From a virus, in the IMG/VR virus record IMGVR_UViG_3300037516_001783, positions 32,001-96,000 of that record: DNA of 64,000 nucleotides; one strand, given 5' to 3'. The notes under the pieces are model-generated. The model had not been told where the DNA came from, searched no databases, and saw only the letters and a list, made by a program, of their open reading frames with translations. The position numbers and the translations under genes were made by a program. Shown piece after piece: positions 47,105-54,888 of this stretch (within the stretch, counting starts at the first letter, position 1; each line of letters starts with the position of its first letter).

Positions 47105-47641
47105 TTATAGAATTTCTAAATTTAACCTTCCTATCCCTTCCAGAAGCATTTCTAACATCTTCTTTGTATCTTTTAGAGTCTTTAAAACACCTCTTTCATA
47201 ATCTGAAAGAAAGTCTCCTTCCGCAATTCCTTTTAACCTTGAATCTATTCTGTTAAAAGCTTCCTGTAATCCTGTTACTTCCTCTGCAGTATCTTGTTGT
47301 TTTCCTGCTAAGTAAAGATTATTCCCACCTAAATGATAATAACAATCCAGAAGTGAATCTTGTGCTTTTTGTTTTACCCAATCTATTTTCAGATGATGTA
47401 CAAACAACTTTTCTGGTAAGATATCCCAAGTTTTATTGTCATCGTAAACTTGTTTTGCGAAACGTCCCATTCCATCCCAAGACCTTGTTTGCTCATGTGA
47501 CTTTAATTCATCAGCACTTCTTACAAGTAAATGTAAATCTACACCTATGTAGTGAGCAACTTGAAACATTTCAGATATCTCTTGGTGTATTTGAATACAA
47601 TTACTTCTCATTGTATCGAAATCAATTTTTGGTAGTCCCAT
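47105..47641 (-). CDS. Hypothetical protein
   Basis: ORF track. Confidence 0.6.
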   Translation of the reverse strand: MGLPKIDFDTMRSNCIQIHQEISEMFQVAHYIGVDLHLLVRSADELKSHEQTRSWDGMGRFAKQVYDDNKTWDILPEKLFVHHLKIDWVKQKAQDSLLDCYYHLGGNNLYLAGKQQDTAEEVTGLQEAFNRIDSRLKGIAEGDFLSDYERGVLKTLKDTKKMLEMLLEGIGRLNLEIL

Positions 47642-47643
47642 TG

Positions 47644-47895
47644 TTACTTAAGATTATGTTTCTTTGACAAACGAGCGATTAATTTTTGTTTTGCTAATTT
47701 TTCAAGCTTTTTAGACCTCATGACTCTTGCAAAACTGTTAATGTAATTTTCAAAAAAATATTGGTCTTTGTCTACGTGGTAAGCGTGGAAAAATGGTATT
47801 GAACGAACATTGTCTTTGTAAATAATACAAAAATAACCTTTCTCAAAGAAGTATTTACACTTACTTCTTATTTCCCTTAACAGCTGAACTTTCAT
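47644..47895 (-). CDS. Basic hypothetical protein
   Basis: Start moved to ATG 47895 after conserved TTTAATCATG leader. Confidence 0.55.
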   Translation of the reverse strand: MKVQLLREIRSKCKYFFEKGYFCIIYKDNVRSIPFFHAYHVDKDQYFFENYINSFARVMRSKKLEKLAKQKLIARLSKKHNLK

Positions 47896-47942
47896 GATTA
47901 AATTGATTAAATTTTTCAAAGTAATCAACGCTGTTATGTAAT

Positions 47943-48230
47943 TTACTTTGTTTTCTTTAACAACTCTAATTCCTCTATTCTAAGTTTTCTCTTTGGTGAG
48001 ATTTTTGCTACAACAACACGGATACCAAACTCATCGTTCAATTTTTCCTTTAATTCATTGTACTTCTGAACATTTTTAACAATCTCTTCGTGATATGCTA
48101 AATTCATGTTTTTCAAAACCCTCATTTCTTCAATTATTGGTCTTGTTACTTTACCATGAGGATATAACCTTTTGTCTGTTAAATCGAATAAATTTACATA
48201 AAAACCTTCTTCACACTTCCCTTGCTTCAT
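47943..48230 (-). CDS. Hypothetical protein
   Basis: ORF track. Confidence 0.55.
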   Translation of the reverse strand: MKQGKCEEGFYVNLFDLTDKRLYPHGKVTRPIIEEMRVLKNMNLAYHEEIVKNVQKYNELKEKLNDEFGIRVVVAKISPKRKLRIEELELLKKTK

Positions 48231-48247
48231 AAAATAATTAAATTTAA

Positions 48248-48390
48248 GTGATTCTGGTAGGAATCGAACCTACAACATTCCCTACTTGCTTACATGTTAC
48301 ATTTAACTACCTAGGATGTTGTTATTTGTGAACAAGAAACCATCAAGAATCCAATTTCGACGTTTAGAACCATTAAACGTCTACAGAACC
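48248..48390 (-). ncRNA. tRNA-like RNA T3 with about 85-nt insert replacing anticodon/variable arms
   Basis: GGTTCTG/CAGAATC acceptor, 8-bp D-like stem GACGTTTA/TAAACGTC with GG in loop, GTAGG-TTCGATT-CCTAC T-arm. Confidence 0.75.
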
Positions 48391-48395
48391 ATATT

Positions 48396-48594
48396 AAAAA
48401 TAAACAAACTCCCTTACCTATCAATAATTACTATCAAGGTTCTGTACTCACATCTTCATCGTTACTCTTCTAAAGTTTACGACTTATAGCTTTTCTTTGA
48501 GGATACCTTTCCGTAATTTGTCGACTTGGACGGTACACTTACAATCAGGACATTAAGTGTAGGCAAATAACTCCTACATTGTTTGTTTATTTTT
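48396..48594 (-). ncRNA. Putative structured ncRNA between T4 and T3
   Basis: 14-bp perfect closing stem aaaaataaacaaac/gtttgtttattttt; internal hairpins. Confidence 0.6.
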
Positions 48595-48665
48595 GCTCTG
48601 GTGAGAGGATTCGAACCTCTGTCTCCCACTGAAAGGACGGCACTCGCCAACTATGCTACACCAGA
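48594..48665 (-). tRNA. tRNA-like RNA T4, shortened and mispaired anticodon arm
   Basis: Perfect TCTGGTG/CACCAGA acceptor, GCAT/GTGC D-stem, CGTCCTTTCAGTGGGAGAC centre, AGAGG-TTCGAAT-CCTCT T-arm, ends GCA. Confidence 0.8.
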
Positions 48666-48674
48666 ACCTTAACA

Positions 48675-48775
48675 ACTTATGTAAATTGCTAAGTACAGTT
48701 CCAAGTCAGCTTCACTTGAATTTCAGACTACTGTACACCTGTATCTTTAAATAAACCACTTTTTACATAAAAGTT
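48675..48775 (-). ncRNA. Putative structured ncRNA 5' of T4
   Basis: aacttatgtaaa/tttacataaaagtt closing stem; inner gtacagt/actgtac helix. Confidence 0.45.
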
Positions 48776-48836
48776 TCAACTACATGTTTTGTTTATTTCA
48801 AGAACCTTAGACTTGTTTTCACATAGGTCTAAGATT

Positions 48837-49016
48837 TTAGTTGTTAATCAGTTCAGACCATCTTTGTATAGTTACTAAGAACATTTCCACAAAGTCACAT
48901 CAATCCCTGATAGGCTTAGATTCTTCCTAATTTACCTGACACAGACATTTCTCTGCATTTTCGTCACTTGATTGTTATAGAACAGACAAGAACAAATAAA
49001 TTAGGTTAACAACTAA
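48837..49016 (-). ncRNA. Putative structured ncRNA
   Basis: 13-bp closing stem ttagttgttaatc/ggttaacaactaa with one imperfect pair; no ORF. Confidence 0.55.
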
Positions 49017-49070
49017 TTTTATTTCCTGTAACTCCAAGTTTGTTAATATTTACTTACTTCAAGTAGGAAT

Positions 49071-49167
49071 TGTAGCTTTCAAGAGATTCGAACTCCCATC
49101 CTTTACAGTTTTCGATTCCTGTATCCTCATTACGAAATGAGTGCTTTATCCATTAAGCTAGAAAGCT
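49071..49167 (-). tRNA. tRNA-like RNA T5, 6-nt anticodon loop and long variable arm
   Basis: Perfect AGCTTTC/GAAAGCT acceptor, GCTT/AAGC D-stem, CTCAT-TTCGTA-ATGAG, TACAG/CTGTA extra arm, GGGAG-TTCGAAT-CTCTT, ends ACA. Confidence 0.8.
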
Positions 49168-49170
49168 GTT

Positions 49171-49259
49171 ATAATTAGACATAACTCTTCTTTGGTTGAG
49201 TTCTTACCATTCTGGGTGGTGCTTACGAAGGTATTACACCCTTTCTCCTCTCTAATTAT
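49171..49259 (-). ncRNA. Putative three-way-junction ncRNA 5' of T5
   Basis: ataattaga/tctaattat closing stem; aactc/gagtt and gggtg/caccc hairpins. Confidence 0.55.
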
Positions 49260-49273
49260 TTTAATTTTCATAA

Positions 49274-49428
49274 ATCAAAACAACCCTACTAACGGAGTCA
49301 AACCATTAACTAAAACATGAAATATTGAAAATTGCGACTTACAATATTTCATTAGTTTGTTAGTGATGTGACTTTCAAACTAATCTTTATGTTAAAGTTT
49401 CTTACACAAGAAGTACGGTTGTTTTGAT
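49274..49428 (-). ncRNA. Putative structured ncRNA
   Basis: 12-bp closing stem atcaaaacaacc/ggttgttttgat; 11-bp inner hairpin atgaaatattg/caatatttcat. Confidence 0.6.
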
Positions 49429-49561
49429 ATTATTTTGCAACTTATTTTATCTTTCGAAATACGTAGTTACCAAACGCCATGCCCCTACATGGTTTATATT
49501 TCCGATTGAAATATAGGTTGAACCTCAAACTTAGTTTCCTAGAGGTTTGAGATTTAGTGTC

Positions 49562-50392
49562 TTATTTTTTGATATTTATCATATCGTAGAAACCTGATTG
49601 AGTTACATACTGAGGCATAGGGCATCCAGCTTTCGTCCAACCTTCTATAGCTTTTTCTTTTATAGCTATTTCTCTTTCTTGAAGTAATAACGCTGTTACA
49701 CCTAATGACCTTGCTCTACTTGCTTCAGAGTTTAAATTAGCAAGTTCAATTTCTTTCTTGGTGTTAGCTAACTTTTTATCTAATATCGCACTTTCACCTT
49801 CAACCTTGTTTCTTTCAGCAATTTTAGCTTTCATTTCTGGTGTGAACGACAGTTGTGAAGAGTATGTTAGTAATTCGAACCCAGCCTTGTCAAATATCTT
49901 TCTAAGAGAATCTGTACACATTTTCTCATATTTCAACTTACCACCGTTGTTCATTAATTGTTCATCCGATAATGAGTTAGAAATCTCTCTGGAAATATCT
50001 TTGATTCTTGGGTCTAATATTTGGTCTTCAATCATATCGAGGTCTATATTATCTCCTAAATGTTTATAATTGAAAACAATATTTATACCTTGACCAACCT
50101 TCGCTCTATAAGTATAGATAGGACTAACAAAGAAATCGGTATTATCTGTAGAACTTATTGTTAATTTATCACCATAATCACCTTTTTGTTCATAAAGTGG
50201 AACTTGAAATAATTCACTTCCAGCAGTCCAAGTGGCAACTTTTCCTGTTACTCTATGGAAATCAGATTTACCATCCTTACCATAATTTTCCATCATTACA
50301 CCTTCGTGGTTAGGTTTTACCCAATCATTACAAGAGGATAACAACATGATTGCTCCTAAGAGCATGACCAAATTAAATGCTACTTTTTTCAT
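49562..50392 (-). CDS. SPFH/band-7 family lipoprotein
   Basis: LLSSC lipobox; VKPNHEGV..ENYG...VPLYEQ; C-terminal coiled coil and IEGW. Confidence 0.8.
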   Translation of the reverse strand: MKKVAFNLVMLLGAIMLLSSCNDWVKPNHEGVMMENYGKDGKSDFHRVTGKVATWTAGSELFQVPLYEQKGDYGDKLTISSTDNTDFFVSPIYTYRAKVGQGINIVFNYKHLGDNIDLDMIEDQILDPRIKDISREISNSLSDEQLMNNGGKLKYEKMCTDSLRKIFDKAGFELLTYSSQLSFTPEMKAKIAERNKVEGESAILDKKLANTKKEIELANLNSEASRARSLGVTALLLQEREIAIKEKAIEGWTKAGCPMPQYVTQSGFYDMINIKK

Positions 50393-50549
50393 TTGATTTT
50401 GACTTTGTTTGTCGTTTAATATATAAGTAAACTCCTGCTATTGTAATGCCCACAGGAATTAAGGCATAATATAAATTATAATGATTAAAAGTTGTAACAA
50501 TAACTTGTAACATTATAAGTAATACGATTGTAAATATAACATCTTTCAT
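50373..50549 (-). CDS. 58-aa two-TM protein coupled to SPFH gene
   Basis: Manual ORF MKDVIFTIVLLIMLQVIVTTFNHYNLYYALIPVGITIAGVYLYIKRQ... Confidence 0.55.
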   Translation of the reverse strand: MKDVIFTIVLLIMLQVIVTTFNHYNLYYALIPVGITIAGVYLYIKRQTKSKSNEKSSI

Positions 50550-50566
50550 AATGAATATAACGCTGT

Positions 50567-52255
50567 TTAAATCATTTCAACTCCGAAACCAGAGTTCATT
50601 AAGTAAATTCCTTTAATTGCTTGATGCATAGACATTGCTGTATCGTCGTGCCCACTTGTTGCTGAAATACCTTTATTAGTATATGAAACAGAAGTAAGTT
50701 CGTTAAACAAGATATCTTTGATATTCCTACTGTATTCACTTCCGATAGGGACTTTTATTTTACCCTTTTCAAATAGTAAAGACATTCCTGGAATCCCAGT
50801 TTTCAAGTCATTTTTGCTTTTTGCACTTGTAGCTTCATGTACAATTGGTAACCCTTCACTATCTGCTGCCTGACAGAACATTGCTTGAAATCCGTTACTT
50901 TCTATAACAATTATGTCTGGTTTGAAGTCTACATTTAAACCTCTCAACTTTCCTAATTGTTCTAAATAACTTTTACCATGCATCCTGTATTGGTTAATTA
51001 ACCAAATATCACCTGAAGCGTCTAAACCTAAAACAGTATAAACAGTATAATCGGCTCCCACATTTGCAGAAATAGCTAAATCGACTCCTATAACAACTCT
51101 TTCAAAAGATATTGGGAAACTTTCTATGTTATGACACATTTCAAATTTATCCATACCAACCAACGATTTCTGTAAGATATTGTATGGGAATAAACTTGAA
51201 TCATTTGAAACAGGTCTAACTAAGTGTTCTCTTGAGAAAGTTACAGAACCTTGTGATTCCTTTTTATTATAAAGTGTGTCAAAATTATACCTATTCCTCC
51301 ATAATAATTTACCATCTGGAAAGATACTTGGGTATTCAGCATAATAGAAAATTTTGTCTTTCTTTAACTGACCATATAAATCTTCAGCATGAAAAGGAGT
51401 CCCAACAACTTTTACATCACCTTGTGGGACAATCATATTCATTATAACAGAATAGAAATAACTTGTGTATTTATTTCTTTGTTCTGCAGAATATAAATTT
51501 GATTCATGTAAAAAGTCATCTACTATTATAAAATGTGGATGGGCACCACGAGTAGATGCTCCGGCAGAAGAAGAAGTGATTGTTGAACCGTTCTTACATA
51601 CAATCCTTGTTTCTGCCCAATTCCCATCACTTCTTGTTTCTGGTAATAACTTCTCTCTTAACAATTCATTTTCTTGAATTGTTGTTTTTAAAGTTCTAAG
51701 TAATTTTGTTGACTGACCTTTGGCGAAACTGAATAGATAACCTTCCTTTCCTACAGTACTTAACTCTCTTCGTTTTGAATCTTTTGTGTACCTATACAAT
51801 TTCCATATAGGATATGCATTGGAGAAGAAGTGACTTTTACCATGGTCTCTGGCTGCCAGAATACACATATACTTAAAAGCTTGACAAGTTTCTGCCCATT
51901 CTATATGGTGCCAATTCATTTCAAATTCAGGCATAACTGAACTTATGAAATATGTCAAACTTTCAACTCTTAAAGTTTCTTCAAATGAATCTGTTAATTT
52001 ATCTAAATACAGATTTGTTATTGGGTTGTAACTTAATTCAGAATTTGAGTGTTTGAAATTACCATAAACTGTACTGTATGTTTCAGTAACCAAATCCTGT
52101 AATAACCTGTCTACATCACCTTCAGAACCACCTAATAATTGTGACAAACCTGAGTCGTCAAGATTTTCAATTATTTCCAAAGTAATTCTTAGACAGTCAT
52201 CTAACTTATCGAACGGTATGGCACCTTGAACTATATTCTTGTTAATTATATCCAT
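50567..52255 (-). CDS. terL: Terminase large subunit
   Basis: NWHH, AARDHGKS Walker A, RGAHP, IIVDD Walker B, VGTP, IGVDLA, HDDTAM nuclease motifs. Confidence 0.93.
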   Translation of the reverse strand: MDIINKNIVQGAIPFDKLDDCLRITLEIIENLDDSGLSQLLGGSEGDVDRLLQDLVTETYSTVYGNFKHSNSELSYNPITNLYLDKLTDSFEETLRVESLTYFISSVMPEFEMNWHHIEWAETCQAFKYMCILAARDHGKSHFFSNAYPIWKLYRYTKDSKRRELSTVGKEGYLFSFAKGQSTKLLRTLKTTIQENELLREKLLPETRSDGNWAETRIVCKNGSTITSSSAGASTRGAHPHFIIVDDFLHESNLYSAEQRNKYTSYFYSVIMNMIVPQGDVKVVGTPFHAEDLYGQLKKDKIFYYAEYPSIFPDGKLLWRNRYNFDTLYNKKESQGSVTFSREHLVRPVSNDSSLFPYNILQKSLVGMDKFEMCHNIESFPISFERVVIGVDLAISANVGADYTVYTVLGLDASGDIWLINQYRMHGKSYLEQLGKLRGLNVDFKPDIIVIESNGFQAMFCQAADSEGLPIVHEATSAKSKNDLKTGIPGMSLLFEKGKIKVPIGSEYSRNIKDILFNELTSVSYTNKGISATSGHDDTAMSMHQAIKGIYLMNSGFGVEMI

Positions 52256-52256
52256 T

Positions 52257-52901
52257 TTAGAATTTGAAAAAATTTGCCACTTTCTCAGTTTTAACTTTAG
52301 AATCCTCTTGTGATTTATTATTCAAACCTTTTCTCTGTGTTTTTACCATGTAACAAAATAAGTCATAGTTGGCTCTTACATCAGCTATTGCTCCATGAGC
52401 ACCAACTAATTTAACTCCTGCTCTTGAACAAGCGATTGTCAAATTATGTTTATCTTCTTCTGGCCAAATCTCTTCAGACCTCGGTAATGTATCTATGAAA
52501 GTTCCAGAAATGTAATCATAAATATCATACCCATTTAATAAAAAAATGTACTCTAGGAATTCCCTATCAAAACCAACTATATTATGCCCAAGGAGGACAG
52601 TATTCCCTCTTTTCTTACCTTTTTGTGAATTATTCCTTTTGAAAAAGGCAATCATTTCTTCAACAACTTTCCAATGTTCTTTACCATTAGCAACATCTTG
52701 AGGTGTTACTGTTGTTTTCTCAAAAACAATTGGGTCTATTGTCAAACCACCATAAACTTTGATAAAACTTGAATACTCTTCTATTACAGATAAATTATCC
52801 AAATAAAAACTCAACATGGCAACCTGTGTTATAGGATGTTCATCTTTGTCTAAACCTCCTGTTTCACAATCTACAACTGTTACTATTCTTCTATGAGCCA
52901 T
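52257..52901 (-). CDS. DEDDh 3'-5' exonuclease (DnaQ-like)
   Basis: VDCETGGL, GHNIVGFD, IDTL, AHGAIADV. Confidence 0.9.
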   Translation of the reverse strand: MAHRRIVTVVDCETGGLDKDEHPITQVAMLSFYLDNLSVIEEYSSFIKVYGGLTIDPIVFEKTTVTPQDVANGKEHWKVVEEMIAFFKRNNSQKGKKRGNTVLLGHNIVGFDREFLEYIFLLNGYDIYDYISGTFIDTLPRSEEIWPEEDKHNLTIACSRAGVKLVGAHGAIADVRANYDLFCYMVKTQRKGLNNKSQEDSKVKTEKVANFFKF

Positions 52902-52903
52902 AT

Positions 52904-53146
52904 CTACCTATTTAACCTCTTCACATTATTTTCATGTACATAATGTTTATTACAAGTATGTTTCCTTGCTTCTTCAGATTTCACATCTATAAACCCAAGA
53001 ATTGCTCTACAATGGTCACAATAAGCTGGAGAGTTCGATTGAACAAACCTGTTATGATTAAAATCTTTTGAAGCGTCAATAGGATATTTTACACCTGTCA
53101 TTGGGATAAATTCCCTTATGTAACCGTCTACACACCTAACTCTCAT
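52904..53146 (-). CDS. Small Cys/His Zn-binding protein
   Basis: CDHC...HTC. Confidence 0.55.
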   Translation of the reverse strand: MRVRCVDGYIREFIPMTGVKYPIDASKDFNHNRFVQSNSPAYCDHCRAILGFIDVKSEEARKHTCNKHYVHENNVKRLNR

Positions 53147-53156
53147 AAATGAAAAT

Positions 53157-53188
53157 AATGGTAGGAAATATCAAAACTTCCTACCATT
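53157..53188 (-). terminator. Intrinsic terminator
   Basis: 11-bp inverted repeat aatggtaggaa/ttcctaccatt followed by ATTTT. Confidence 0.75.
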
Positions 53189-53199
53189 TCTATTTTACG

Positions 53200-53385
53200 T
53201 TAAGCTTTTGTTTTCTCTTTTCGAGCTTCTAAAACTGCAACTCTAATTTCATTAGCAAGGTTTTTTACCTTTTGCATAGAGTTACGAACTCTTGTTCCAG
53301 CAGCAACATTTCCTTTGCTATTCGCTTCAACGTCTTTTTCAACTGCTTCGATTTCGTCTTTTAAACTTTTGAACAATTCTGACAT
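53200..53385 (-). CDS. Hc1/histone H1-like nucleoid protein
   Basis: KGNVAAGTRVR..MQ.VK.LA.EIR..V signature as in Bacteroidota histone H1-like proteins. Confidence 0.8.
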   Translation of the reverse strand: MSELFKSLKDEIEAVEKDVEANSKGNVAAGTRVRNSMQKVKNLANEIRVAVLEARKEKTKA

Positions 53386-53432
53386 AATAATTTAATTTAT
53401 GGTTAATTTAACTTTCAATTTACTAAACGCTG

Positions 53433-53699
53433 TTAAACGAATTCACAATTGTTTTCTACCATTTTAGATAGAAAATTTTCATGTTCAGCGTCTCTAACAC
53501 TTTCTTCTTCAAAAGAAGCAACAATTTGTTCACCATCTAAGTAATTCACAACTATCTGGTATAGAATTATGTCACACATAGTATCGTGTGTGTGTTGTTT
53601 CATTATACTCCTAATATTTTTAGGAGATATCTGGAAATCTACACCTCTTAAGTGAAAGAACTTTATGGATGGTTGTTGTTCACCGTCAAATGATTGCAT
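53433..53699 (-). CDS. Hypothetical protein
   Basis: ORF track. Confidence 0.55.
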   Translation of the reverse strand: MQSFDGEQQPSIKFFHLRGVDFQISPKNIRSIMKQHTHDTMCDIILYQIVVNYLDGEQIVASFEEESVRDAEHENFLSKMVENNCEFV

Positions 53700-53702
53700 A
53701 TC

Positions 53703-54887
53703 TTAAATTGTTGAATTTCTACTATCTGACAGAAGTTTTGATTGCATTTCAATCTTCTTCATCAAAATATTCCTAAGGTTATTTTTTACAGTATCAGATG
53801 AAACAGAATCTCCTTCTTGTTGATTTTCTAAAGCTTTTTGTTTCATCTTCTCTTTAAATTCTATTTTCTCTCTTCTTAAAGTTTCCTCTGTAGCTAAATT
53901 TGCAGATTTGATTTTTTCAAAATCATAAACTTGTAAGCTTGGTAAAATAACCTCTTCGTAATCTACTTCTTCACCACCAGAAACTAATCTGTTGTATTTA
54001 GAATAGTACGAAGAATTTAATTCTGAGATGATATTTAAAGGGTTTATTCCAGAACGAGCTGATAACCTACCGATGATAATTTCTTTCAGTGGAACTCCTT
54101 TCATCATCTCTTGACGTACATGTAGAGATACTTCAGTTTGAATTTGAATTCCTAAGTTACCATTGATTGTCAATTTATCACCCTCAACTTCTTTTCTTAT
54201 GGCATCTAAAGTCTGTATTAAAGCTTTATGGTCATCCCTATGGTTTGACTTTTCATACTTGCTTTTTAATTTAACATAAAGAGTTGTTAATTCCTCAACC
54301 CTTGAAGTCTTTGAGGTTAATCTTAAATGTGTGTAGTCACTTTTATACTTTTCCTGTAATTTCCTGATTTCATCTATGTTATCAGTGTAAAAAGTTGAAA
54401 CTAAATTCTCTGTTATATACTTAAATCCTAAATCTTTCAGTTTAATATAAACCTCTTTAACAGTATAAAGTTTAGAAAATAACTCTAAGATAATAGCTTT
54501 CTTTGCAATCATTATTGTAGAAGCAACCTTTTCATTTCTTTGTTGTGTTGTTTCTACTTCTACGTTGCTTTTTTTGTTCACACTCAACTTTAATTTACGA
54601 ACCCAAGAATTCCTTAAGACCATAAATTGTTTGTATTTAGCAAGCAGTAATTCACTTTCTTCATCATTAAGGTCAGAAGATTGTGACATCACAACAGAAA
54701 AAGGAGCGTCTAATTTATATTTAGTACCATCAACAGCAACATAATGGTCATTTTCTTTTGCAAGTTTGAGGTCATTAACATACTCTAAGAACATTCGTAC
54801 GTCAGTTATTTCAAACTCACAATCCTTAATTGCCTGTTTTTCTAAGTCTGTTAATTTATCGTTAGCAAGTAATTCATTATTATTCAT
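53703..54887 (-). CDS. Probable terminase small subunit
   Basis: HTH-like segment, L....RVEEL..LY, IRKEVEGDK; helical; just upstream of TerL (inference). Confidence 0.45.
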   Translation of the reverse strand: MNNNELLANDKLTDLEKQAIKDCEFEITDVRMFLEYVNDLKLAKENDHYVAVDGTKYKLDAPFSVVMSQSSDLNDEESELLLAKYKQFMVLRNSWVRKLKLSVNKKSNVEVETTQQRNEKVASTIMIAKKAIILELFSKLYTVKEVYIKLKDLGFKYITENLVSTFYTDNIDEIRKLQEKYKSDYTHLRLTSKTSRVEELTTLYVKLKSKYEKSNHRDDHKALIQTLDAIRKEVEGDKLTINGNLGIQIQTEVSLHVRQEMMKGVPLKEIIIGRLSARSGINPLNIISELNSSYYSKYNRLVSGGEEVDYEEVILPSLQVYDFEKIKSANLATEETLRREKIEFKEKMKQKALENQQEGDSVSSDTVKNNLRNILMKKIEMQSKLLSDSRNSTI

Positions 54888-54888
54888 A

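Noticed and set aside
48240-49560. CRISPR array, tmRNA, RNase P RNA or replication origin as explanation of the non-coding block
   Set aside because: No direct repeats or iterons; no GAGGAAAGTCC RNase P signature seen; no G3-U70 alanine identity or tmRNA-length unit.
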